A DNA stretch of 64,000 nt, from NCBI GenBank assembly GCA_963838045.1, contig CAWIPQ010000002.1, positions 21,014-85,013 of the forward strand, given 5' to 3'. This document shows positions 29,816 through 39,996 of this stretch, one piece after another. How positions within the stretch are numbered: position 1 is the first letter of the stretch; each line of letters opens with the position of its first letter. Both the position numbers and the translations under genes were made by a program. This DNA comes from an uncultured Verrucomicrobiae bacterium. Lineage in GTDB: Bacteria; Verrucomicrobiota; Verrucomicrobiia; Chthoniobacterales; UBA10450. The notes under the pieces were generated by a model. The model did not search any database, was not told the origin of the DNA, and worked only from the letters and a program-made list of their open reading frames with translations.

Positions 29816-31079
29816 TTAGCCCACTGCGTCAGTCGCTGCTTCTCGCGTTTTGTATTCAGCCACGAAGCCCTTGCGGAATTGATCGAATGCTCCGCGTTCA
29901 ATCTCTGCGCGCGCGCGGCTCATGAGGTTTAGGTACAAATGTAAATTGTGCAAAGTGATCAGACGCAGTCCCAGTATTTCTTCCGCCTTGATGAGATGAC
30001 GGATGTAACCGCGGGAGAATCCGCGACAGGCGGCGCACCCGCAGTTTTCCTCGATCGGGCCATTGTCGAGCGCGAACTCCGCGTTCTTTAAATTCAGTGT
30101 GCCAGTCGCGGTAAAGGCTGTTCCGTTCCGGGCGAGGCGGGTCGGCAGCACGCAATCGAACATGTCCATTCCGCGCGCGATCATCTCCAGCATTTGCGGC
30201 GGCGTGCCGAGCCCCATGGCGTAACGTGGTTTGTCTGTAGGCAAAAACGGTTCAGCCGATTCAACCGCACGCATCATTTCTTCCTCCGGCTCGCCCACAC
30301 TCACGCCTCCAATGGCGTAACCGTCGAAATCAATCTCCACAATTGCCTGCGCACTTTCTTTGCGGAGATCTTCGAACGCTCCTCCTTGCACAATTCCAAA
30401 GAAAAGCTGGCGCGCTGTAGCGTGCGCTGTCCTCAGCGCATTCACCGGAGATTCCGCTGAGACAGCGGACGCTACAATCTCAGTTGAGCGTTGGGCGTTC
30501 GGCGCCTGCTCGCGATTTATCGGAGTTGGGCGTTCGGCGTTTTCTGCTTTCCATTGTTTGCATCCTTTCGCCCAGCGCGTGGTCAGTTCTGCGCTTTGCG
30601 CCGCGTAATCGTATTCGCACGGATAGGGAACGCATTCATCGAGCACCATCGCAATGTCGCTGCCGAGCGCGGCTTGAATTTCCATGGCGATCTCGGGCGA
30701 AATGAATGCGCGCGCGCCGTCGATGTGATTTTGGAATTCCGCGCCTTCCTCGGTGATCTTGCGCAACTTTGCCAGCGAGAAAATCTGGTATCCGCCGCTG
30801 TCGGTGAGAATCGGCCCGTCCCAACTCATGAAACGATGCAGGCCGCCCAAATGCCTCGATCACATGAAGACCGGGCCTAACGAACAAGTGATAGGTGTTC
30901 CCGAGAATGATCTGTGCGTTCAGTTCACGCAGTTCGCGTGGGCTGACCCCTTTCACGGAGCCTTGCGTTCCCACCGGCATGAATGCCGGCGTATCGATCA
31001 CGCCGTGTGCAGTTGTTAATCGGCCACTTCGTGCTTTTGACCGTTGGTCGTTCGCCAGGAGTTCAAAGGCATTCTGCAT
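29816..31079 (-). CDS. tgt: queuine tRNA-ribosyltransferase, with one apparent frameshift and an in-frame insertion of about 30 aa
   Basis: The N-terminus MQNAFELL...[15 protein letters not shown]...EAFG is in ORF 30636..31154. The remainder, [21 protein letters not shown]...CGCAACRGF (zinc site), is in 29816..30850. The shift is at the CCC run 30846-30848. Confidence 0.85.
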
Positions 31080-31310
31080 GCGGTATGGAGATTCCTCCAA
31101 CCTTCGCATAAAGCTTCGGCTTGGCAGGCGACTTCGCTCGGAATGACAATTCAACGAACAAAATATTCTTTGCGGATCGCCATTTTCCCTCTATGTTCCG
31201 CGCTTACCGCATCAGGCGCGTGAGTTGGGTTTGTTGCGCGGCCTGAAGCGGGTTTTTTTGTCGCCCGGAGTAACGACTTTTGGCGGCGCATTATTTTTAG
31301 GATTTGGACG

Positions 31311-31736
31311 ATGCCCACCATCAATCAGCTGATTCGAAAAGGACGCCGGAAGGTGTCGGTGAAATCAAAGTCGCCGGCGCTGGCAAGCTGTCCGCAGCGA
31401 CGTGGTGTGTGTGTGCAAGTGATGACGCGCACACCGAAGAAGCCTAATTCTGCCCTGCGCAAAGTGGCGAAAGTGCGGTTGACGAATGGCCAGGAAGTGA
31501 TTGCCTACATCCCTGGCGAGGGGCATAATTTGCAGGAGCACTCCATCGTGCTCGTCCGCGGCGGGCGCGTGAAGGATTTACCTGGTGTGCGCTATCACAT
31601 TGTGCGCGGAACACTTGATGCGCTTGGTGTGGATGGTCGGCGACGCGGTCGCTCCAAGTACGGAGCGAAGCGCCCGAAGGGCGGGGCGGCCGGTGGAGGC
31701 GGCGCGGCGAAAGCGGCGCCGGCAGCGGCCAAATAA
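31311..31736 (+). CDS. rpsL: 30S ribosomal protein S12 (with a Gly/Ala-rich C-terminal tail)
   Basis: [14 protein letters not shown]...PNSALRKVA... Confidence 0.97.
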   Translation: MPTINQLIRKGRRKVSVKSKSPALASCPQRRGVCVQVMTRTPKKPNSALRKVAKVRLTNGQEVIAYIPGEGHNLQEHSIVLVRGGRVKDLPGVRYHIVRGTLDALGVDGRRRGRSKYGAKRPKGGAAGGGGAAKAAPAAAK

Positions 31737-31767
31737 AACAAATCAAATTTGAAACGAACGATCGACA

Positions 31768-32241
31768 ATGTCGCGGCGGAGAAGAGTTCACAAAAAAGAA
31801 GAGCACGTAGATTCCCGATACGGGAGTCCGGCGGTAGCTCGTCTTATCAGCACCGTGATGAAGCGAGGCAAGAAATCCCTCGCCGAACGCGTGGTGTACA
31901 CGGCGATTGATAAATCGCGTGAAGGCTCCGATTCAGTCGATCCGCTTGAAATTGTAAACAAGGCGATCGACAACGTCCGTCCGCGCCTCGAGGTGCGATC
32001 GCGTCGCGTGGGTGGCGCGACCTATCAGGTGCCAATGGAAGTGGCGCCTGCCCGGCAAATCTCACTGGCCACGCGCTGGATCGTGAAATTTGCCGATGGC
32101 CGTAAGGGCTTACCATTGGCTCAAGCTCTGGCACAGGAACTCAAAGACGCCGCGGCCGGTCAGGGTAACGCCATTAAAAAGCGAGACGACACGCATAAAA
32201 TGGCGCAGGCAAACAGGGCGTTCGCACACTTTAGATGGTGA
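31768..32241 (+). CDS. rpsG: 30S ribosomal protein S7
   Basis: 157 aa ending in the conserved S7 C-terminus ...[13 protein letters not shown]. Confidence 0.95.
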   Translation: MSRRRRVHKKEEHVDSRYGSPAVARLISTVMKRGKKSLAERVVYTAIDKSREGSDSVDPLEIVNKAIDNVRPRLEVRSRRVGGATYQVPMEVAPARQISLATRWIVKFADGRKGLPLAQALAQELKDAAAGQGNAIKKRDDTHKMAQANRAFAHFRW

Positions 32242-32314
32242 CCGCAACGCGGAACGACGAAGCATGAATCACGAAACAATAACGAATTTGGAAAATATGA
32301 ACTCGATTCAAGTC

Positions 32315-32407
32315 GTCATCCCGAGCGAAGTCGAGGGATCCCGCCGCGTTAGCTTCAAGTTAACTTCGCGGGATTCCTCGACTCCGCTGCGCTCCGCTCG
32401 GAATGAC
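32315..32407. mobile_element. 93-bp MITE-like palindromic element (GTCATCCCGAGCGAAGTCGAGGGATCCC ... GGGATTCCTCGACTCCGCTGCGCTCCGCTCGGAATGAC)
   Basis: The long arms are near reverse complements. A second copy lies inverted at 48014-48104 and a half-copy at 31128-31147. Confidence 0.75.
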
Positions 32408-32413
32408 AGAGCA

Positions 32414-32446
32414 GCGAACCGCGCATTTGCGCATTTCAGGTGGTGA
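32414..32446 (+). other. orphan duplicate of the last 10 codons plus stop of rpsG ([10 protein letters not shown]), synonymously recoded
   Basis: GCG AAC CGC GCA TTT GCG CAT TTC AGG TGG TGA here, versus GCA AAC AGG GCG TTC GCA CAC TTT AGA TGG TGA at 32209-32241. Confidence 0.8.
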
Positions 32447-32451
32447 CAACT

Positions 32452-34632
32452 ATGGCAACGGCGACCATGGAACAAAAGAAGGCTCCGGCGAAAAATCCAA
32501 ACTCGCCAAATCGCAAGTTTCCGTTGGAGCGGACCCGGAACATCGGGATCGCGGCGCACATTGACGCCGGCAAAACGACGATCACCGAGCGCGTTCTGTT
32601 TTATACCGGCATGATCCACAAAATGGGAGAAGTGCACGAGGGCACCACCGTCACCGATTGGATGGAGCAGGAGCGCGAACGCGGCATCACCATCACGTCG
32701 GCGGCGACAACGTGCAGTTGGGCGCAGCGTAAGGAAGAAGGCGTTTACAAGATTTTCGAAGGCGTCAAAGAGCGTATCAACATCATCGACACACCCGGGC
32801 ACGTGGATTTCACGGCCGAAGTAGAACGTTCTCTGCGCGTGCTCGATGGCGCGATCGCCGTTTTCGACGGAGTGGCCGGAGTGCAGCCGCAATCTGAAAC
32901 TGTGTGGCGTCAGGCAACCAAGTACAACGTCCCGCGTCTGGCTTTCATCAACAAAATGGATCGCGTCGGCGCAGATTTCGAAATGTCTGTCGACAGCATC
33001 CATAAAAAACTCGGGGCCAACGCCTGGCCGGTCTTATTGCCGCTGGGAAGAGAAGATCAGCTGCGCGGCCAGCTCGATGTCATTAATAAGAAGGCGATCA
33101 TTTACTCCGAGAACGATCAGTTTGGATCCACTTATGAAGTGACCGAACTGCCGAAAGAGCACGTGGAAGCGGTTGAGAAGGCGTACAATGATCTGGTAGA
33201 ACAGGTTTCGAATCTCGACGATCAAGTTGCCGAGGCCGTGCTCGAAGAGCGCGAAATCACTCCGGCATTATTGAAAGCCGGCATTCGCCGGCAGACGATC
33301 GCGAACAAATTCGTGCCTGTGATCGGAGGTTCGGCTCTTAAAAACATCGGTATTCAATATCTGGTCGATGCAGTGGTTGATTATTTGCCAAGCCCCCTCG
33401 ACATCCCGCCAGCCAAAGGTCAGAACCCCGACACGGGCGAGCCGATGGAAGCGATAACTGACGACAGTGGCACGTTCTGTTCGATCGCGTTCAAGTTGTG
33501 GAGCGATCCGTTTGTCGGCAAGCTGGTGTTCTTCCGTGTTTACTCCGGCTCGCTCAGTAAAGGCGACACTGTTTACAATCCGCGCACGAACAAACGTGAG
33601 CGGATTTCGCGTTTAATTCAGATCCAGGCAGACAAACGCGAAGACATCGAGACGTGTTACTCGGGCGATATCGCCGCGATCGTAGGAATTAAAAACATTA
33701 CCACTGGCGACACGCTCTGTGATGAAGACCATCCAATTCTTCTCGAGCCGCCGTCGTTTCCCGATCCGGTTATCTCGATGGCGATTGAACCAAAGACGAA
33801 ACTCGATCAGGAAAAAATGGCCACCGCGTTACAACGCCTCGCCGAGGAAGACCCGACTTTCCGTGTTTTCACGCACGAAGATACCGGTCAGACCATCATT
33901 GCCGGAATGGGCGAGTTGCACCTGGAAATCATTCGTGACCGGATGTTCCGGGAGTTCAAAGTCGACGCGAACGCCGGGAAACCGCAAATCGCATATCGCG
34001 AAACGATCACCAGCGGTGCGCACGGCGTGGGCAAGTTGATCAAGCAATCGGGCGGTCGCGGTCAGTATGGACACGTGGAAGTAGATGTTCGTCCCGCCGC
34101 GCGCGGCAACGGCCTGACTGTAGAGAACAAAATTGTAGGCGGAATCATCCCGAGGGAATACATCCCGGCGGTGAAAAAAGGCATCGAAGAAGCGGTGCTC
34201 AATGGTGTGCTGGGCGGCTATCCTGTTGTCGATGTGGAAGTGGACATCGTTTACGGTTCGTTCCACGAAGTTGATTCCAGCGAACTCGCGTTCAAAATGG
34301 CGTCGATTTTCGCCATGAAAGACGGTTTCAAGCAGGGCAAACCCATTCTGCTGGAGCCGATCATGAAAGTGGAGAACATCACGCCGGAAGAATACCAGGG
34401 CGACATTTGCGGCGACTTGAGTCGACGGCGTGGAGCGATCAACAGCATCGAGACCCGGGGGAATCTGGTGATTATCCATGCGCTGGTGCCGCTTGCGGAG
34501 TTGTTCGGATACGCAACGGCGATCCGGTCGTTGTCGAAAGGCCGTTCCAGTTATTCGATGGAGCCGTCGCACTTTGATCCGGTCCCGGCGAATTTGGTTG
34601 CGGCGATTCTCGATCAAAAGGAGACGAAATGA
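32452..34632 (+). CDS. fusA: elongation factor G
   Basis: AHIDAGKTT and DTPGHVDF G-motifs. Likely start is ATG 32452; the track ORF starts at GTG 32440 inside the rpsG remnant. Confidence 0.97.
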   Translation: MATATMEQKKAPAKNPNSPNRKFPLERTRNIGIAAHIDAGKTTITERVLFYTGMIHKMGEVHEGTTVTDWMEQERERGITITSAATTCSWAQRKEEGVYKIFEGVKERINIIDTPGHVDFTAEVERSLRVLDGAIAVFDGVAGVQPQSETVWRQATKYNVPRLAFINKMDRVGADFEMSVDSIHKKLGANAWPVLLPLGREDQLRGQLDVINKKAIIYSENDQFGSTYEVTELPKEHVEAVEKAYNDLVEQVSNLDDQVAEAVLEEREITPALLKAGIRRQTIANKFVPVIGGSALKNIGIQYLVDAVVDYLPSPLDIPPAKGQNPDTGEPMEAITDDSGTFCSIAFKLWSDPFVGKLVFFRVYSGSLSKGDTVYNPRTNKRERISRLIQIQADKREDIETCYSGDIAAIVGIKNITTGDTLCDEDHPILLEPPSFPDPVISMAIEPKTKLDQEKMATALQRLAEEDPTFRVFTHEDTGQTIIAGMGELHLEIIRDRMFREFKVDANAGKPQIAYRETITSGAHGVGKLIKQSGGRGQYGHVEVDVRPAARGNGLTVENKIVGGIIPREYIPAVKKGIEEAVLNGVLGGYPVVDVEVDIVYGSFHEVDSSELAFKMASIFAMKDGFKQGKPILLEPIMKVENITPEEYQGDICGDLSRRRGAINSIETRGNLVIIHALVPLAELFGYATAIRSLSKGRSSYSMEPSHFDPVPANLVAAILDQKETK

Positions 34633-34940
34633 GCAACGGCCAGCGCATCCGTATTCGCTTGAAGGCGTTCGATCACCGGATGCTGGACCAATCCGCCATC
34701 GAGATTGTGGATACCGCCAAGCGCACCGGTGCGCGGGTGGCCGGGCCGATTCCGCTGCCGACATTGATCGAAAAATTTACGGTGAATCGGTCTCCGCACG
34801 TGGACAAAAAATCGATGGAACAATTTGAAATTCGCACACACAAGCGGCTGTTGGACATTATCGAGCCAACGGCAAAGACGGTGGATGAATTAAAGAAACT
34901 GAATTTGCCTGCGGGCGTCGATATCACCATTAAAATTTAA
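34629..34940 (+). CDS. rpsJ: 30S ribosomal protein S10
   Basis: [16 protein letters not shown]...; ATGA overlap with fusA. Confidence 0.97.
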   Translation: MSNGQRIRIRLKAFDHRMLDQSAIEIVDTAKRTGARVAGPIPLPTLIEKFTVNRSPHVDKKSMEQFEIRTHKRLLDIIEPTAKTVDELKKLNLPAGVDITIKI

Positions 34941-34977
34941 GCGGAGGCGCTTCTGAAAGGTTTGCGATTGTACGGTC

Positions 34978-35703
34978 ATGAGCATCGGACTTCTTGGACA
35001 AAAAATTGGTATGACCAGCGTTTACGACGCAAAGGGCCGGTTATGTCCGGTGACGGTGATCGCGGCTGGCGATAATGTTTTGTTGCGCCGTTTGACCGCA
35101 GAGAACGACGGTTATTCTGCGGTGCAGGTGGGGTTCGGCGTGCAAAAGGAATCGCGCGTGACCAAAGCGTTACTCGGTGAATTTAAGAAGGCCGGCGTCG
35201 GACCGCAGAGAGTGCTGCGCGAATTTCGCCTGCGAAAGGATCCGCCGGAAGGGGAAATCAATTTGGGCGTTACTCAATTTCAACCGGGTGACTTTGTCGA
35301 TGTGATTGGCCGCTCGAAAGGCAAAGGTTTCCAGGGCGTGATGAAAAAGCACAACTTTGCCGGGCAAGGCGCGGCGCACGGTTCGAAGACGCACCGGCGC
35401 ATTGGTGCAGTCGGCAATCGTTCTACTCCGGGCCGTATTTGGAAAAACCAGGGCATGCCCGGGCATATGGGCGATCGGCGGGTGACGGTGCAAAATCTCC
35501 AGGTGATGCAAGTGCGCGAAACGGAAAAAACTATTTTAATAAGCGGCGCGGTGCCGGGACCGAATGGCAGTTACGTTATTGTTCGCCCGGCGGTTAAACA
35601 TCCCGAACGTTTACTGGCCCTGCATGCCGAGCACCGGAAGCATGAGGAAGAGGAAAAGGCCAAGAAGCCAAAAACCTTAAGAGAGATGGCGCAGAACAAA
35701 TGA
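34978..35703 (+). CDS. rplC: 50S ribosomal protein L3 (charged C-terminal tail)
   Basis: GLLGQKIGMTSVYD... and its position after rpsJ. Confidence 0.95.
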   Translation: MSIGLLGQKIGMTSVYDAKGRLCPVTVIAAGDNVLLRRLTAENDGYSAVQVGFGVQKESRVTKALLGEFKKAGVGPQRVLREFRLRKDPPEGEINLGVTQFQPGDFVDVIGRSKGKGFQGVMKKHNFAGQGAAHGSKTHRRIGAVGNRSTPGRIWKNQGMPGHMGDRRVTVQNLQVMQVRETEKTILISGAVPGPNGSYVIVRPAVKHPERLLALHAEHRKHEEEEKAKKPKTLREMAQNK

Positions 35704-36335
35704 GCGCAAAAGTTTTAACCAAAGCCGCTGCGAAAGAAGCAAAGCTCGACCTCATCGATGATGGTCGCGGCACTCAAGCTGTGCACGACGTGATCGTGGC
35801 GATGCGCGCCGCGCGGCGTTCCGGTTCGGCAAACACAAAGACCAAAGCCGAAGTAGATTTGTCAGGTGCAAAACCGTGGCGGCAAAAAGGAACCGGCCGC
35901 GCCCGCGCGGGTTACAAATCGTCGCCCATCTGGCGAGGCGGCGGCGTCGTATTTGGACCGAAGCCCCGTGATTATTCCAAGAAAGTGGCGAAGTCGGTTC
36001 GGCGCCTCGCGTTTCGAAAAGCGCTAAGCGAACGCATCAATGCCGGCGACGTCTTGACCATTGACGACTTCGTGGTGTCAAAGTTGAAGACGAAAGCGTT
36101 TGTCGACCTTCTCAAGAAACAGACTGATGCAGAGAAAGTGCTCATTGTTTCTGATTCATTTGACGAAAAGACGTACAAATCGGCTCGCAACGTGAAGCCG
36201 GCGCGACTTGCGATCGCTTCAGACGTCAACACGGAGCAATTACTCGGGTTTCAGAAGATTCTCGTTACGCAGAAGGCTTTGGAAAAACTGGCGGAAAGAA
36301 TCCGTCCGCCTGCACCGAAAGCCACGGCACAATAA
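35700..36335 (+). CDS. rplD: 50S ribosomal protein L4
   Basis: KPWRQKGTGRARAG motif and conserved position. Confidence 0.95.
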   Translation: MSAKVLTKAAAKEAKLDLIDDGRGTQAVHDVIVAMRAARRSGSANTKTKAEVDLSGAKPWRQKGTGRARAGYKSSPIWRGGGVVFGPKPRDYSKKVAKSVRRLAFRKALSERINAGDVLTIDDFVVSKLKTKAFVDLLKKQTDAEKVLIVSDSFDEKTYKSARNVKPARLAIASDVNTEQLLGFQKILVTQKALEKLAERIRPPAPKATAQ

Positions 36336-36336
36336 A

Positions 36337-36618
36337 ATGAACGAACCACACGAGATCATTAAGACCGCGTCGTTGACCGAGAAGTCGACGCTGATGAGCG
36401 AGAAGGAGAACAAATACGTGTTCCGCGTCAGCCCGAAGGCGAACAAGATCCAGATCAAGGACGCGATCGAACGGCTGTTCCAGAAAACTGTGATCAACGT
36501 GAACACTTGCAATTATGCGGGGAAAGAGAAACGGCTGCGCGGACCGGTAGGGCGTCGTCCGCGATGGAAGAAAGCCATTGTGACTTTGAAGGAGGGCGAG
36601 AAGATCGATCTGATCTGA
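36337..36618 (+). CDS. rplW: 50S ribosomal protein L23
   Basis: ATG 36337; ...[19 protein letters not shown]...KKAIVTL. Confidence 0.93.
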   Translation: MNEPHEIIKTASLTEKSTLMSEKENKYVFRVSPKANKIQIKDAIERLFQKTVINVNTCNYAGKEKRLRGPVGRRPRWKKAIVTLKEGEKIDLI

Positions 36619-36631
36619 TCGCGAGAAACAT

Positions 36632-37480
36632 ATGGCCCTGAAAGAATTTCGACCGCTAACGCCTACGCAACGATTCAAGTTGCTGCCCGCCTTCGAGGAA
36701 ATTACCAAAAGTCGGCCCGAGCGGAGACTGCTTGAGCCGAAGAAAAAAAGTGGCGGGCGCAACAACCATGGCCGGTTGACCTCGCGACACATCGGTGGCG
36801 GGCATAAACACAAATATCGAAAGGTTGATTTCAAACGTCGCAAACACGGAGTCGCCGCGGAAGTGCTTGGGATCGAGTACGACCCGAACCGTTCTGCGCG
36901 CATTGCGCTTATTAAATACACTGACGGCGAACTAAACTACATCCTGGCGCCCAACGGCATCCAGGTTGGAGCGACTATTACGGCGGGAAACGATGTTGCG
37001 CCTGACTTGGGAAACGCGCTACCGCTTCGCGCCATTCCGCTCGGCACGAGTGTCCACAATATTGAATTGGTTCCCGGGCGCGGTGGTCAGGTCGCGCGCT
37101 CAGCAGGGCAGCAAGCGACGCTCACCGCTCTGGAGGCCGGGTATGCGCTGGTGAAGATGCCCTCGGGCGAAATTCGCCGGATCCACGAGAATTGTTTCGC
37201 GACGGTTGGCCAGGTCGGGAATGTCGACCACATGAATGTCTCCAGCGGGAAAGCGGGACGCACTCGCTGGCAGGGTCGCCGGCCGCATGTGCGCGGCATG
37301 GTGATGAACCCCATTGATCATCCGATGGGCGGTGGTCAGGGGAAATCCAAAGGCGGCGGCGGTCGCCATCATCCGGTCAGCCCATGGGGACAGTTGGCGA
37401 AAGGGTTTAAAACCCGCGCGAAACATAAACCGAGCGATCGATTCATTTTGGAAAGGAAACGGTCCAGGAAGAAAGGTTAG
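36632..37480 (+). CDS. rplB: 50S ribosomal protein L2
   Basis: [18 protein letters not shown]...[15 protein letters not shown]. Confidence 0.97.
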   Translation: MALKEFRPLTPTQRFKLLPAFEEITKSRPERRLLEPKKKSGGRNNHGRLTSRHIGGGHKHKYRKVDFKRRKHGVAAEVLGIEYDPNRSARIALIKYTDGELNYILAPNGIQVGATITAGNDVAPDLGNALPLRAIPLGTSVHNIELVPGRGGQVARSAGQQATLTALEAGYALVKMPSGEIRRIHENCFATVGQVGNVDHMNVSSGKAGRTRWQGRRPHVRGMVMNPIDHPMGGGQGKSKGGGGRHHPVSPWGQLAKGFKTRAKHKPSDRFILERKRSRKKG

Positions 37481-37563
37481 AATGAGAAATCGAGAACCGA
37501 GATTTGTGAACTGGTTTGCGAATCTCGAATCTCGATTCGCAGATCACGAATCACTTGCAATTT

Positions 37564-37842
37564 ATGGCTAGATCGCTAAAGAAAGGACCCTTCGTCGAGT
37601 CGTATCTTCTTGAGAAGATCGACAAGATGAACGCAGCGGGCGTCAAGAAACCGATCAAAACCTGGTCGCGGCGCTCGATGGTGACGCCGGACTTTGTCGG
37701 CCACACGTTTCTGGTGCATAACGGGAAAACGTTTCACTCCGTTTTTGTCACCGAGAACATGGTTGGACATAAGCTCGGCGAATTTTCACCTACGCGTGTG
37801 TTTAGAAAACACGGTTCGCACACGGCGAAAGTGACGAAATAA
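37564..37842 (+). CDS. rpsS: 30S ribosomal protein S19
   Basis: ATG 37564; [11 protein letters not shown]...[22 protein letters not shown]. Confidence 0.96.
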   Translation: MARSLKKGPFVESYLLEKIDKMNAAGVKKPIKTWSRRSMVTPDFVGHTFLVHNGKTFHSVFVTENMVGHKLGEFSPTRVFRKHGSHTAKVTK

Positions 37843-38685
37843 TTGCAGATTGCAGATTGTAGATTGCAGATTGGCAGCGCGCGACTACGTCGCACGGCTG
37901 TGCAGTTTGCAATTTTAAATCTGCAATTTGCAATCGGGTTTTGCGCGTACGCGCAGGGAAATAGTTCTTTGTCAGAATCTAATACTGAAGCAGTGAGACA
38001 ATCGGCGTCGTCTGGATCTTTCCCGGCGGAAGCTGAAGAATTGCGCAGGCAATTGTCAATCGCTCAGGAGTCGGTCAAAGCGTTAACGAGCAGTCTGGCG
38101 GAGTCCAACGCGGAGGCGGAAGAGTTGCGCCGCAAATATTCCGATCTCCAATTGCGAATGGAAGCGCTTGGCCTGACCTCGGCGAGCAAGGACCGGGCGA
38201 AACTCGAGCAGCGTTTGCTTGCGGCGGTGAGCGATCTTCAGTTGGCGCAGAAAGCACGTGACCAGTACCGCGACCAGATGTTGCGACTTAACGAAGCGAT
38301 CTTGCGCTATCTGAAAGCGTCACAGTCCGGAGATGCCCAGGCCCGGATGGATGTGGAGACGCAATTGCGCAGCACCAACGAACTGGTCAGCAAATCGACA
38401 GACGCCGTAGAGGCGCCGGAGTCGACTTTGATGGACGGAAGCGTGATCAGTGTTAAGGAAGAATGGTCGTTTGTCGTCGGCAACATGGGCGAAAAACAAG
38501 GGGTCAAGATTGGAATGCCGCTGCGGGTAATGCGTGACGACCGAAGAATCGCGAGCCTGCGCGTCGTTGATGTGCGGCAGAAAATTTGCGGCGCGGTGAT
38601 TCAGGAAATGGATTCGAAGAAGGAGAAAATTAGGGTGGGGGACCGTCTCCAGGCGGATGCCCAATCCGATGTGAGTTTGAGATGA
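37843..38685 (+). CDS. secreted coiled-coil protein with a C-terminal MreC-like barrel motif, inserted in the S10 operon
   Basis: 280-aa ORF. It has a signal-peptide-like N-terminus (RLRRTAVQFAILNLQFAIGFCAYA-QG), a long coiled coil, and a C-terminus GSVISVKEEWSFVVGNMGEKQGVKIGMPLRVMRDDRRIASLRVVDV homologous to the 7027..7878 product. The start codon is uncertain because the first 35 nt are heptamer repeats. Confidence 0.6.
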   Translation: MQIADCRLQIGSARLRRTAVQFAILNLQFAIGFCAYAQGNSSLSESNTEAVRQSASSGSFPAEAEELRRQLSIAQESVKALTSSLAESNAEAEELRRKYSDLQLRMEALGLTSASKDRAKLEQRLLAAVSDLQLAQKARDQYRDQMLRLNEAILRYLKASQSGDAQARMDVETQLRSTNELVSKSTDAVEAPESTLMDGSVISVKEEWSFVVGNMGEKQGVKIGMPLRVMRDDRRIASLRVVDVRQKICGAVIQEMDSKKEKIRVGDRLQADAQSDVSLR

Positions 38686-38701
38686 AGTGAAAATGAAAAG
38701 C

Positions 38702-38785
38702 GTTACAAAGTTACAAGAGTTACATGGAGAAGCGAACGGCGATGACCTAACTTTGTAATTCTTGTAACAGTGTAACCTTTGTAAC
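38702..38785. repeat. inverted array of GTTACAA(A/G) motifs forming a long hairpin
   Basis: GTTACAAAGTTACAAGAGTTACA ...(about 26 nt)... CTTTGTAATTCTTGTAACAGTGTAACCTTTGTAAC. Confidence 0.6.
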
Positions 38786-38797
38786 TAACGCCAAGCG

Positions 38798-39283
38798 ATG
38801 GAAGTCAGATCAACATACAGGTATGCGCGGATTTCGCCCTTCAAGGTGCGCGAAGTTACGCGTGAGATCCAGGGTTTGCCGGTTTCGGCGGCGCTCGACC
38901 TGCTGACGTTCACGCCAAAGAAAGCGGCACTTCTTATTGGTAAAACACTGAAAAGCGCCATCGCCAATGCGGAGAACAATGCGAACCTCAAACCAGACGG
39001 CCTAGTGATCAAAGAGGCTACGGTGGGCGAAGGTCCAACGTTCAAGCGGATCATGGCGCGTGCTCGTGGCAGCGCCAGCCGGATTTTGAAGCGCACCAGT
39101 CACATTCGCATCGTGCTGTCCGATGAGATTCCCATCGAAACGCGAGAGAAACGAAGAGCGAAACGGGAAGGCGAAAAGAGAGCTGCCAAGAAAGAGATTG
39201 CAGGAAAAGCGACAGAGGATGCAGCGACTTCAGGCGATCAAAAATCGAAGAAGTCGAAGCGGACGACGAAGCCGAAGAAATAA
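38798..39283 (+). CDS. rplV: 50S ribosomal protein L22 (Lys-rich C-terminal extension)
   Basis: [19 protein letters not shown]...; 161 aa, with a Lys-rich tail after the conserved L22 region. Confidence 0.95.
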   Translation: MEVRSTYRYARISPFKVREVTREIQGLPVSAALDLLTFTPKKAALLIGKTLKSAIANAENNANLKPDGLVIKEATVGEGPTFKRIMARARGSASRILKRTSHIRIVLSDEIPIETREKRRAKREGEKRAAKKEIAGKATEDAATSGDQKSKKSKRTTKPKK

Positions 39284-39294
39284 CTACTAAAGCT

Positions 39295-39984
39295 ATGGGA
39301 CAAAAAGTTAATCCAATTGGGTTTCGTCTGAACGTGAACCGTGACTGGCGCTCGCGTTGGTATGCGTCGCCTCAGGAGTTTCCCTCGTTTTTGCACAATG
39401 ATCTGAAGATTCGCGATTACGTGAAAAAGAAGCTGCAATTTGCCGCAGTGGCGAAAATCGTGATCGAACGGGCATGGAATTCCATTCGCGTAACAATTCA
39501 TACAGCGCGTCCCGGGATTGTCATCGGACGGAAAGGCGCGGAGATCGAGAAGATGACGGAAGAGATTTCCAAGATGGCCGACGGCAAACAGGTAAAAATC
39601 GACATCCAGGAGATCAAGACGCCGGAAATCGACGCACAGTTGGTTGCCGAGAACGTTGCCCTGCAGATTGAACGCCGCATCGCGTATCGCCGTGCCATGA
39701 AGAAAGCGGTGCAGACCGCAATGGATTTTGGCGCGGAAGGAATTAAGATCCGCTGCTCCGGGCGACTGAATGGCGCAGAAATTTCGCGTTCGGAGTGGTA
39801 CCGGGAGGGAAAAATTCCACTTCACACCCTACGGACGCCGATTGATTACGGCTTTGCTGAGGCCAATACGGTCTACGGAAAAATTGGTGTGAAATGCTGG
39901 ATGTGTCGAAAAGAAGAGCGACCCGTGGAAGCGCCGGCTGCCCCCGCACCACCACCGCCGCCGCCGGAGCCTGCTGACGTTTAG
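39295..39984 (+). CDS. rpsC: 30S ribosomal protein S3 (Pro-rich tail)
   Basis: [12 protein letters not shown]...KH domain. Confidence 0.97.
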   Translation: MGQKVNPIGFRLNVNRDWRSRWYASPQEFPSFLHNDLKIRDYVKKKLQFAAVAKIVIERAWNSIRVTIHTARPGIVIGRKGAEIEKMTEEISKMADGKQVKIDIQEIKTPEIDAQLVAENVALQIERRIAYRRAMKKAVQTAMDFGAEGIKIRCSGRLNGAEISRSEWYREGKIPLHTLRTPIDYGFAEANTVYGKIGVKCWMCRKEERPVEAPAAPAPPPPPPEPADV

Positions 39985-39996
39985 GAGATCCTCCCT

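Noticed and set aside
32090-32446. 118-aa plus-strand ORF ending in [10 protein letters not shown]
   Set aside because: It is out of frame with rpsG for most of its length and reads through the MITE-like palindrome. Only its last 11 codons are meaningful, and those are reported separately as the rpsG remnant.
33829-34764. 311-aa ORF on the minus strand
   Set aside because: It is entirely antisense to fusA/rpsJ. The opposite strand has unambiguous EF-G motifs, and this ORF's composition is a typical mirror-frame artefact of GC-rich coding sequence.
36265-36921. 218-aa minus-strand ORF
   Set aside because: It is antisense to rplW/rplB and no motifs were recognised. It is a shadow ORF.
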